Source of the DNA: Alkanindiges illinoisensis DSM 15370
GTDB taxonomy: Bacteria > Pseudomonadota > Gammaproteobacteria > Pseudomonadales > Moraxellaceae
Direction: 5' to 3'
Length of the DNA stretch: 32,000 nt
NCBI RefSeq assembly: GCF_000619845.1
Contig: NZ_JHUX01000010.1
Coordinates: 30,001 to 62,000 of the forward strand
This document shows, in pieces, positions 17,420-27,795 of the stretch. The first letter of the stretch is position 1. Each line of letters opens with the position of its first letter. Position numbers and translations under genes: made by a program. The notes under the pieces are model-generated. The model saw nothing but the letters and a program-made list of their open reading frames with translations, made no database searches and was not told the origin of the DNA.

Positions 17420-20400
17420 ATGCGGTTAATTAGTTTAAAGCTGGTGGGATTCAAGTCATTTGTGGACAGCACCACGCTGGTGTTTCCCGACAACCGGACA
17501 GCAGTAGTTGGCCCCAATGGCTGTGGCAAATCCAATGTGATTGATGCCATTCGCTGGGTGATGGGTGAATCCTCGGCGCGGCAGTTGCGTGGTGGTGCCA
17601 TGACCGACGTAATTTTTGCCGGAACCGCACAGCGCAAACCTGTCGGGCAGGCCAGTGTCGAACTGCGCTTTGAAAATACACTGGGCAAGCTGGGTGGAGA
17701 ATACAATGCCTACAGTGAGCTGTCGGTGCGGCGTCAGGTCAATCGTGATGGTCGCTCGGATTATTTTTTAAATGGCACTCGTTGCCGCCGCCGTGATATT
17801 ACCGATATTTTTCTGGGCACAGGCCTTGGCCCGCGTTCCTATGCGATTATTGAACAGGGCATGATTAATCGCTTGGTGGATGCCAAGCCCGAGGAAATGC
17901 GCGTATTTATTGAGGAAGCTGCTGGTGTGTCGCGCTATCAGGCACGTCGCCGCGAAACCCTGCAGCATCTGGAGCATACCCGCCAGAATCTAAGCCGTCT
18001 GGAAGATATTAATGATGAGCTGCAAAGCCAGATGCGCAGCCTCAAGCGACAAAGCCAAGCCGCCATTAAATACCACGAGCTGGAACAACAGCAGCTGGAC
18101 CTGAAAATCAAGGTATGGTCAGCGCATTATCGGCAAGCCGAGCAAAACCAGCAGCGTTATACCGAACAGCTCACCCAACTGGGTGAACAATACCGCGAGT
18201 TGCGCAGCCATCGCAATCAGGCCGAAGCCGACTGGGAAAGCGGCAGCCAGCAATTATCCGGGTTACTGGCGCGAGCCGAACCAATTCAGCAGGCGTGGCA
18301 GCAGGCTGAGCGTGAAGTGAGCCAGCTTGCCGCAAAAGTGCAGCAATATCAGCTAGATCAGCAGCAGCGCGAAACCCAGATCCAGCAGTGGCAGGACAAC
18401 CTGAAAACCCTCACCAGCCAGATCGCACAGGATCAGGAACGACTCACCGCACTGGTGCAGCAACTGGAATCGGGTCAGCAACAATTTCTGGATACAGAAA
18501 CACAGTTTCAGCAAAAACTGGCACATTTGCAGCACATAGAACAGCAGTACCAGCAGGTAGAGGCCGACTGGCAAACTAGCCAGCAGCAAGCCCAGCAATT
18601 CACCCAGCAACAGCAACGCCTGCAACAGCAAATTGACAGCACCGCACGCGCCCAGTTACGGCTGGAACAACAAATCCAGCAGGCCAGTGCCCAACTGGAA
18701 CAACTCAAAAGCAGTGCGCAACAGGCTGAGCTGGATCATGTACTGGTTGAACTGGATGATGCGCAACTGGGAAAAACCCGGCTGGAGCAGCAACAGCAGC
18801 AGGTACAAGCAGCACTAAGCCAATATCAGCAGCAACTGGATCAAGTCCGGCAGGCGCTCAAACAACAACAGGCCGAATTTCAGCAGTATTCCACCGAGTT
18901 GCATGCTATTCAAAAGCTACAGGCCACTCAAAAGCTACAGGCCAATAAAGCTGGCCAGTCCAAAAATGAAAAGAATGTAAAAGCTGGAAAAAGCTATCAT
19001 CAAGAAAATCACCATAAAGAAACTCAGACTGAAAATTTCAGCCCTGTTGCTACGGTACAACTGTTGCAGCAATTACAGCTTCAGCCGCAAGCGCAGCCGC
19101 ATTTGCCATTAATTGAAAAATTTCTGGCCGACTGGCTGAATGCCGATTTGCAGGACAGTTTTGCTAACACCTCTACCGCACCACGGGCTTATCTGGCTAA
19201 TGCCGACCAGCTGGAAAATGCATCAGGATTGCATTGCCTGCAACATGAGCAAGTAACGCCACTGGCCAGCTGGGTCAAGCCATGCTTAAGCTGCTGGCAG
19301 GCTGTTGGTATAGTGCCGGATTATTCAATAGCATTGCATTTACAATCGCAGCTCAATAGCCATCAAAGCCTGCTGAGTCTGGATGGTTTCTGGCTGGGAC
19401 AAAACTGGCACATCAACCTGAATATTGATGAACAGGCCGCCCGCCAGCAAGGGATATTGCAGCAGCAGTTACGCCAGCAGGAACTTCAGCAAATCCTGCA
19501 CCAGTTACAGCAACACATTGAGCCATTAGAGCGTCAGCAGCAGGAACTTTTACAACAGATCACCTTGCAGCAGGACAGTCTAAAACCAGTTGAGCAAAAG
19601 CTGGCACAGGCCAATCAGGCACAGCGCCAGCTTGAACTGCAACGGGCCCGGCTGGAAAGCAGCTTACAGGCGGGTCAGCAGCAAGTGGTACAACTACTGC
19701 GCCAGCTGGAAGAGTTGCAGCACAGCCAGCAGGATGATCAGGAGCAGGTGACCGAGTGGCAAATGGAACTGGCCAGTTTAAATCTGCGCTTAAACCAGTT
19801 GAATCCGCGCCTGCAAGCCCAGCAGGATAGCCGTAACCAATTGCAGCAGGCGGTGCAGGATGCGCGTATTGCCCATCAGGTAACCCAGCAACACCACCAG
19901 CAGTTACAAGCGACACAGCACAGCTTAACGGTACAGTTGCAGGCAACCCGGCAATCCTTGCAGCGTGCCGAGCCGCAACAGCAGCAAATTCAGGGACAAC
20001 TGGTGCAACTGGAACAAGCGTTGATACAAGCGCAAGCTTTACACCCCACTCAACTGCAACAACTGGAACAGGCACAGGAAAAAGCCGCACAGGCACATGT
20101 CAGCTGGAGCACGTGGCAGCAACAACTGGAATTTCGCCAGCAGGAACAGCAGCGCCTAAGCCAGTTGCGCCAGCAGGGTCAAAGCGGGGAAGACCAGTTG
20201 CGTGACAGCCTTGAGCAAACCCGGCTGCATTGGCAGGACTGCAAAAACAGGATGGAACAGGCACTGGAGCAGCTTGCGGCATTGCAGATATCGGCTGAAC
20301 CCCATCCTGAAAATGAATCCATGACTCATAAAACCATCCAGCCGGAACAAGTAGAGATTAGTCAGCTGGCCGACTGGCAGCAGCAACTGGAAAAAGTACA

Positions 20401-21031
20401 GCAGCAAATCCAGAAGCTGGGCCAGCTTAATCTGGCAGCGCCCGAAGCCTTGCAGGATGTCACCCAGCGCCATGAAGAACTGGCTCACCAGATGCATGAC
20501 CTGCAACAGGCAGTCGAGCAACTGGAACAGGCCATGAAAAGCATTGATCAGGAAACTCGTACCCTGTTTATGAGCACCTTTGATCAAGTGAATGCCGAGT
20601 TGAAAATCCTGTTTCCCAAAGTATTTGGTGGCGGTGAAGCTTCGTTAAGCCTTGAGGACGACTGGCAATCCGGGGTAAAACTGATGGCGCGGCCACCGGG
20701 CAAACGCAACAGCAGTCTGGCCCTATTGTCCGGTGGTGAAAAAGCCCTGACAGCACTGGCACTGGTATTTGCCATTTTCAGGTTAAACCCTGCGCCGTTT
20801 TGCGTGCTGGATGAAGTGGACGCCCCGCTGGACGATGCCAACGTGCAGCGTTTTTGTCATTTGGTAAAAGAGCTATCACAACAGGTGCAATTCATTTACA
20901 TTACTCATAATAAACTTGCTATGACCATGGCAACGGATTTGTTGGGTGTAACCATGCCGGAACCCGGCGCGTCGCGTCTGGTGGCAGTAAATATTGAGCA
21001 AGCTGCAACATATAGTGCAACTTCGGAGTAG
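17420..21031 (+). CDS. smc: Chromosome partition protein SMC
   Basis: 1203 aa. Walker A GPNGCGKSNVIDA, signature LSGGEKALTALALVFA, Walker B FCVLDEVDAPLDDANV. Very long Gln-rich coiled-coil arms and a central hinge-like segment (SLLSLDGFWLG). Confidence 0.95.
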   Translation: MRLISLKLVGFKSFVDSTTLVFPDNRTAVVGPNGCGKSNVIDAIRWVMGESSARQLRGGAMTDVIFAGTAQRKPVGQASVELRFENTLGKLGGEYNAYSELSVRRQVNRDGRSDYFLNGTRCRRRDITDIFLGTGLGPRSYAIIEQGMINRLVDAKPEEMRVFIEEAAGVSRYQARRRETLQHLEHTRQNLSRLEDINDELQSQMRSLKRQSQAAIKYHELEQQQLDLKIKVWSAHYRQAEQNQQRYTEQLTQLGEQYRELRSHRNQAEADWESGSQQLSGLLARAEPIQQAWQQAEREVSQLAAKVQQYQLDQQQRETQIQQWQDNLKTLTSQIAQDQERLTALVQQLESGQQQFLDTETQFQQKLAHLQHIEQQYQQVEADWQTSQQQAQQFTQQQQRLQQQIDSTARAQLRLEQQIQQASAQLEQLKSSAQQAELDHVLVELDDAQLGKTRLEQQQQQVQAALSQYQQQLDQVRQALKQQQAEFQQYSTELHAIQKLQATQKLQANKAGQSKNEKNVKAGKSYHQENHHKETQTENFSPVATVQLLQQLQLQPQAQPHLPLIEKFLADWLNADLQDSFANTSTAPRAYLANADQLENASGLHCLQHEQVTPLASWVKPCLSCWQAVGIVPDYSIALHLQSQLNSHQSLLSLDGFWLGQNWHINLNIDEQAARQQGILQQQLRQQELQQILHQLQQHIEPLERQQQELLQQITLQQDSLKPVEQKLAQANQAQRQLELQRARLESSLQAGQQQVVQLLRQLEELQHSQQDDQEQVTEWQMELASLNLRLNQLNPRLQAQQDSRNQLQQAVQDARIAHQVTQQHHQQLQATQHSLTVQLQATRQSLQRAEPQQQQIQGQLVQLEQALIQAQALHPTQLQQLEQAQEKAAQAHVSWSTWQQQLEFRQQEQQRLSQLRQQGQSGEDQLRDSLEQTRLHWQDCKNRMEQALEQLAALQISAEPHPENESMTHKTIQPEQVEISQLADWQQQLEKVQQQIQKLGQLNLAAPEALQDVTQRHEELAHQMHDLQQAVEQLEQAMKSIDQETRTLFMSTFDQVNAELKILFPKVFGGGEASLSLEDDWQSGVKLMARPPGKRNSSLALLSGGEKALTALALVFAIFRLNPAPFCVLDEVDAPLDDANVQRFCHLVKELSQQVQFIYITHNKLAMTMATDLLGVTMPEPGASRLVAVNIEQAATYSATSE
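18911..18946 (+). repeat. In-frame 18-bp tandem duplication inside smc
   Basis: CAAAAGCTACAGGCCACT (18911-18928) is followed by CAAAAGCTACAGGCCAAT (18929-18946), 17/18 identical. They encode QKLQAT QKLQAN. Confidence 0.85.
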
Positions 21032-21036
21032 TACTC

Positions 21037-22314
21037 ATGGATTTTTTAACCATTGTTGGTTATATCTTGGCTGCCCTGGCAATTGCCCTGGGCCTGTATT
21101 TAATGCTTAGAAAAAATACAACCAGTGAAAATACAACAACGGCAACCGAACAAGCGGCAACAGAACAAGCAATGCTGGATGACGCTGACAGCAACATCAT
21201 CAGTGAGCATGATAACGGACGTATTCCGGTCGTTCCTCGCCATGTGCGTGACCAGATCAGGCAAGCCCCATCGCTTACCACAACTACTACTGCAAGCAGC
21301 GCAGTCCAGTCCAGCACAAATCACCCTCAAGTAAATAGCAAAACGATTGCTAAAGATGATTTTGACGAAAATAATTTTGACAAAAACGACTTTGATGACA
21401 CTGATTTTAATGAAAGCGATTTCGATAAAAACGATTTTAATCAAAGCAATTTTAATACAGACAGTGACTTGCTGGCTGATGCTCCGGCCATCAAGGCAGA
21501 TCGTACAGCAGATTCACTGGATGACACATTAAATGATGACCATGTAGATCAGGGTCGAAATAATGAAGCAACCAGCAACCCAATAACCACGCAACAGACG
21601 CAGGCTCAGGTTCAGGCGCTGGCAGAAAGCAGCAAGCCTGATCAGGACCCGGTTGAAGATACCTTTGATCAGGCGCTGGCCCAGCTTGAAGCTGCCACCT
21701 CAGCCGATGATTCCAGCTTTGATGATGATATTGAGCATACAACCCCATCTTCCAAAAAAAGCACTGAACCACTGGAAGGGGCTAAAGACACCTTGGCCAC
21801 TGCTGATGTAGAAGAATGGCAGGGTGAAAGCGCGCTGCTGGATGCACACCTTGAAGATCAGGAACGCCGTGACGACGAAAGTGCATTGGCACAGGCTGAG
21901 CATATTGTGGCACTGTATGTGATGCCCAATGCATCGCGTGCGCTGTCTGGCGAAAGAACCATTCAGCTATTACGCCAGTTTGGCCTGCGTTATGGTGAAA
22001 TGTCACTGTTCCACCGCTTTGCCGATTCTGATGGCACTGGCCCGCTGATGTTTAGCGTGCTGCGTTATACCAGCGAAGGCCCATCCGGCTTTGATCTGGA
22101 AACCCTGCCAAGCGAACAGGTGGAAGGTCTGGCATTTTTCCTGGCGTTGCCGAGCAAGCATGCGGTGGCAGGTTATGACACCATGGTGAGCATTTCCACC
22201 CTGCTGGCGCGTGAAATTCATGGACAGGTTTATGATGAGCACATGAACCAGCTTAGTCCGCAGCTGCGTGAGCATTATCGGCATTTTGTACTGGAATACC
22301 GCACGCCGGCCTAA
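21037..22314 (+). CDS. zipA: Cell division protein ZipA
   Basis: 425 aa. GGAG SD. N-terminal TM anchor ILAALAIALGLYLML, a long acidic low-complexity linker, and a C-terminal FtsZ-binding domain (...FGLRYGEMSLFHRF.DSDGTGPLMFSV...). It sits between smc and ligA, as in Pseudomonas and Acinetobacter. Confidence 0.9.
   Translation: MDFLTIVGYILAALAIALGLYLMLRKNTTSENTTTATEQAATEQAMLDDADSNIISEHDNGRIPVVPRHVRDQIRQAPSLTTTTTASSAVQSSTNHPQVNSKTIAKDDFDENNFDKNDFDDTDFNESDFDKNDFNQSNFNTDSDLLADAPAIKADRTADSLDDTLNDDHVDQGRNNEATSNPITTQQTQAQVQALAESSKPDQDPVEDTFDQALAQLEAATSADDSSFDDDIEHTTPSSKKSTEPLEGAKDTLATADVEEWQGESALLDAHLEDQERRDDESALAQAEHIVALYVMPNASRALSGERTIQLLRQFGLRYGEMSLFHRFADSDGTGPLMFSVLRYTSEGPSGFDLETLPSEQVEGLAFFLALPSKHAVAGYDTMVSISTLLAREIHGQVYDEHMNQLSPQLREHYRHFVLEYRTPA
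21355..21459 (+). repeat. Seven tandem 15-bp units in the zipA linker
   Basis: The units encode DDFDE NNFDK NDFDD TDFNE SDFDK NDFNQ SNFNT, each with a central (D/N)F(D/N). The nucleotide units are degenerate copies of rAyGAyTTTrAyrAA. Confidence 0.8.
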
Positions 22315-22370
22315 GCGGATTGGGAGAGCCAGACTGGTTTACTCAGGCTGATTTTCTAATCATAGACCTT

Positions 22371-22405
22371 GCCATTGTTGCGCTGCAATGATGGCATTTT
22401 TGTTT
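22371..22405 (+). terminator. Intrinsic terminator-like hairpin between zipA and ligA
   Basis: GCCATTGTTGC-GCT-GCAATGATGGC forms an 11-bp stem with two G-U pairs and is followed by ATTTTTGTTTT. Confidence 0.55.
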
Positions 22406-22438
22406 TACCATTTCCGATTTAAACGTTAGCCCTTTTGA

Positions 22439-24529
<2,091 letters not shown>

Positions 24530-24740
24530 ATAAAATTCTTCAAAATTAGCTCAATATTTATTTACAAAGTAGATACATTGAGGTTGGTTATAGTAGTTAA
24601 ATTCATGGTTAAAACACTATGGATAAATCTAGTAGAAACACTGGTATTAAAGGATTTCACGGTTACAAAAATGGCCGGATAAATTGTAAATTACAGATGT
24701 ATTAATCTTGTAATTGGATATAATCTCGCCAATTAGTAAG

Positions 24741-24807
24741 CCCTTGCTGAACTGTAGAACGAACTAGTGAATCTGTTTGTTTTGTCTACGCATCAGCAGG
24801 GGTTTTT
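24741..24807 (+). terminator. Long hairpin plus U-tract: distal ligA terminator, 3' end of a small RNA, or attenuator for the downstream MFS gene
   Basis: CCCTTGCTGA (24741-24750) pairs with TCAGCAGGGG (24793-24802), 10 bp with one G-U. The helix is extended by GTAGA (24754-24758) pairing with TCTAC (24784-24788). TTTTT follows at 24803-24807. A perfect TATAAT lies at 24719-24724. Confidence 0.45.
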
Positions 24808-24883
24808 CTATTGGCTAGGCGTGTAGGAGCACTACCGATTAGCCGGGCAACTGGTCTTTTTTTAATGGTGGTGACACGCAACT

Positions 24884-26092
24884 ATGTTACTGTTTAGAAC
24901 TGCTGACGTTGACAATACAACTCTCTTAAGTGCGCAACGGGTTTCAACCCGCCTGAATTTCTTTGCGCTGGGTTTTGGCACAGCGGCGTGGGCGCCACTG
25001 GTTCCTTTTGCCCAGCAACGACTGCATCTCAATCATGCTGATTTTGGCCTGCTGTTATTGTGTGCCGGGATTGGTTCCATGGTGGCCATGCCTGCCACTG
25101 GGGCACTGGTTCAGCGTGTTGGCTGCCGCGTGCTGATTGGCTTTGCCCTGCTGTTATTGCTGGCTGTATTGCCGGGGCTAACCATCTGGAATACGTTGCT
25201 GATGATGGCGATTTCGCTGTTCCTGTTTGGCGTTGCCGCAGGCAGTTTTGGCGTTGCCCTTAATCTTCAGGCGGTTATTGTTGAAAAAAATAGCCTGCGT
25301 TCATTAATGTCCAGCTTTCATGGCATGTGTAGCCTGGGTGGTCTGGCCGGGGTAATGACCGTTACCTGTTTACTGGCGGCAGGCGTATCGCCATTGGTCA
25401 GTGCTGTTGCCATTAGCATGCTGCTATTAGTCATTAGCATCTTGGCAGTGCCCACCTGTCTGGCAGAAATTGAAAAGGAAGAAGCTACAGAAGATTCTGC
25501 GCCCGAACAGCAAAAAACTGGCTGGAAATTGCCCAACCGGGTCATCCTGATGATTGGCATCATGTGCTTTATTGCCTTTTTGTCTGAAGGCGCAGCCATG
25601 GACTGGAGCGGCATTTACCTGACTTCCAAATATCAGGTGAGCACTGCTTACGCAGGTCTGGCATATACCTTTTTTGCCATTACCATGACACTGGGCCGTT
25701 TTTCTGGCCGCTATTTGTTGAAATCATTAGGCGAGAAAAACATTGTGTCCTATAGTGCCGCTTGTGCCGCGCTGGGTCTAGTGGTCGTGGTGACCGCACC
25801 GCACTGGTTTGTGGTGCTGCTGGGTTATGCACTGGTGGGTTTTGGCTGTTCCAACATTGTTCCGGTGATGTTTTCCCGGGTTGGCCGCCAGTCACTCATG
25901 CCCAAGGCTGCTGCATTATCCTGTGTTTCAACCATTGCCTATACCGGGTCACTGACTGGCCCGGCGTTAATTGGCATTGTCGGGCAGGCCACCAGCTTGA
26001 CCATTGTATTTACCATCGTTGCTGCCATGCTGCTGGTAATTGCGTTTTTTAACAAGTTTACCCGGGTTGATCCAGTTTCAAACCACACATAA
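24884..26092 (+). CDS. MFS transporter (12-TM type, substrate unknown)
   Basis: 402 aa, hydrophobic throughout with a central hydrophilic loop (EIEKEEATEDSAPEQQK) separating two six-helix halves. MFS loop motif GALVQRVGCR. There is only one in-frame ATG near the 5' end. Confidence 0.8.
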   Translation: MLLFRTADVDNTTLLSAQRVSTRLNFFALGFGTAAWAPLVPFAQQRLHLNHADFGLLLLCAGIGSMVAMPATGALVQRVGCRVLIGFALLLLLAVLPGLTIWNTLLMMAISLFLFGVAAGSFGVALNLQAVIVEKNSLRSLMSSFHGMCSLGGLAGVMTVTCLLAAGVSPLVSAVAISMLLLVISILAVPTCLAEIEKEEATEDSAPEQQKTGWKLPNRVILMIGIMCFIAFLSEGAAMDWSGIYLTSKYQVSTAYAGLAYTFFAITMTLGRFSGRYLLKSLGEKNIVSYSAACAALGLVVVVTAPHWFVVLLGYALVGFGCSNIVPVMFSRVGRQSLMPKAAALSCVSTIAYTGSLTGPALIGIVGQATSLTIVFTIVAAMLLVIAFFNKFTRVDPVSNHT

Positions 26093-26112
26093 TTTAGCCC
26101 TCAAAAATTAAA

Positions 26113-26164
26113 ACGGGGCAAACTAGCTTGTTAAAACAGTAGCTGGTTTGCCCCGTATTTTTTT
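26113..26164. terminator. Bidirectional intrinsic terminator after the MFS gene
   Basis: ACGGGGCAAACTAGCT (from 26113) pairs with AGCTGGTTTGCCCCGT (to 26156), about 16 bp with one G-U. ATTTTTTT follows on the plus strand and the minus strand is T-rich. Confidence 0.75.
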
Positions 26165-26234
26165 AAGCATGTCAAAGCCATGTTGGCGATATTATAGAAG
26201 TAACAGAAGCTAAGGCTGCTTTGCTTTCTTATAA

Positions 26235-26331
26235 TAGACTTCTTTCATAACCCCCTATGTTCCTCCTGAGAAGCACTGCTTCGCAAGAGGGGGAATTTAA
26301 AGGGGTGAAAACTAGTTATGAAAGAAGTCTA
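26235..26331. repeat. 97-bp palindromic element with perfect 17-bp terminal inverted repeats (MITE/REP-like, or complex otsA terminator)
   Basis: TAGACTTCTTTCATAAC (26235-26251) and GTTATGAAAGAAGTCTA (26315-26331) are exact reverse complements. Internal nested stems are CCCCT/AGGGG (26252-56 / 26288-92) and TGAGAAGC/GCTTCGCA (26267-74 / 26278-85). The element abuts the otsA stop codon. Confidence 0.6.
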
Positions 26332-26340
26332 ACAACTTTC

Positions 26341-27795
26341 CTATAACAACTGATACGCGGTATTGACTGCCCGCATGGGCTGTTTAAAATTTTCCAGTTG
26401 ATGGTTTTTGCGCAAGTCACTCAAAAACTGGTTGCGCCAGTCATTAATATCAAAGGTGGTTAAACCCTGCATCAATTGCTGGTAGCGTTCCAGCCGTTCC
26501 TGTAGGGGCATTTCTACCGCAATTTTTAAGGCATTAACCATATCCTGTGTATCGGTGGGGTCAACAATGAGCGCCTGCTGCATTTGTTCGGCTGCACCCG
26601 CATATTTGGACAAAATCAGCACGCCGGGATTTTCCGGATCCTGGGCGGCAATATATTCCTTGGCCACCAGATTCATGCCATCGCGCAGGGAACTAATCCA
26701 GCAAATATCGGTCAGGCGATATAGACCCATCAGGGTTTCATGCGGCACCACTTCATTGGTGCAGTCAATCGGCAGCCAGTCATGCTGGGCAAAGGTGTCA
26801 TTAATTTTTTCTACGGTTTGATTGACCTGCCGGAACAGGCGCTGGTAGGCCAGAATATCCATGCGGCAAGGGCAGGCAATTTGCAGCTCGGTGATACGCC
26901 GGTGATATTGCGGATACTGCTGCAAAAACTCGGCAAAGGCATCAAAACGTTCCAGAATTCCCTTAGAATAATCAATGCGATCCACGCCAATAATGGTTTT
27001 CTGGTGCTTTAGCGCTTTTAAATCAAACACATCCTGCCGGTCATTGGCATGTTTTTTTGCCACTTGCTGAATCTGAGCAGGGTTAATACCAATCGGGTAG
27101 CATTTAATGGTAGTAATGCGTTGCTGGTAACTCACCAGTGAATGCTGGATTTTTTGCGCCTTCAGCAAGGTGGTGCAGGCCTGCATACACAGGGTCTGGT
27201 CATAATCGGTTTGCAGGCCCACCAGATCGTAATGGCATAAGTCCTGAACCAGACGCTCAGCTGTTGGAATGCATTTCCAGATGGAAAGTGGTGCAAATGG
27301 AATATGCAGGAAAAAGCCAATCTTGTTATTCATGCCCAGTTCACGGCAATAGCGCGCCACGCTAAAGAAATGGTAGTCATGTATCCAGATCACATCATCT
27401 GGCTGGGCAATGGCTTTAAGCTGCTGGGCAAATAGCGCATTTACCTGCTGATAGGTATCAAACTCGGCCTGATTATATTCAATCAGATCCTGCCGTTCAT
27501 GCATGGCTGGCCACAAGGTGTTGTTGGCAAACCCGCAATAATACTGGTCATACTGTTGCTGGGTGAGTGGGCAGGTCAGGTATTCAATTTTGCCATCTAT
27601 AATTTTTCCAAACTGCGGCTTTGCTGCTGTATGGTCTGTTTGAATATTGTCGCTAACAATTTCACCATTCCAGCCCAGCCAGGTGCCACCTTTTTCCGTT
27701 AGCGCATCCTGTAAAGCCACAGCAAGGCCACCTGCAGCAGGCTTGTCAGGATTGGGCAGGCTCACCCGGTTGGACAATACAATTAGTTTGGACAT
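26341..27795 (-). CDS. otsA: Trehalose-6-phosphate synthase OtsA (GT20)
   Basis: The family N-terminus MSKLIVLSNRV begins at the ATG at 27795; the ORF-track start at 27825 adds 10 unlikely residues. It resembles E. coli OtsA along its full length as I recall it. It overlaps the otsB stop by 13 nt. Confidence 0.93.
   Translation of the reverse strand: MSKLIVLSNRVSLPNPDKPAAGGLAVALQDALTEKGGTWLGWNGEIVSDNIQTDHTAAKPQFGKIIDGKIEYLTCPLTQQQYDQYYCGFANNTLWPAMHERQDLIEYNQAEFDTYQQVNALFAQQLKAIAQPDDVIWIHDYHFFSVARYCRELGMNNKIGFFLHIPFAPLSIWKCIPTAERLVQDLCHYDLVGLQTDYDQTLCMQACTTLLKAQKIQHSLVSYQQRITTIKCYPIGINPAQIQQVAKKHANDRQDVFDLKALKHQKTIIGVDRIDYSKGILERFDAFAEFLQQYPQYHRRITELQIACPCRMDILAYQRLFRQVNQTVEKINDTFAQHDWLPIDCTNEVVPHETLMGLYRLTDICWISSLRDGMNLVAKEYIAAQDPENPGVLILSKYAGAAEQMQQALIVDPTDTQDMVNALKIAVEMPLQERLERYQQLMQGLTTFDINDWRNQFLSDLRKNHQLENFKQPMRAVNTAYQLL

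Noticed and set aside
19560-20587. 178-aa and 143-aa ORFs (plus a 60-aa one) antisense to smc
   Set aside because: They are produced by reverse-complementing CAG/CAA-rich Gln codon runs. The products are Ala/Pro/Val/Leu low-complexity sequence. The sense-strand SMC frame is continuous with intact head motifs.
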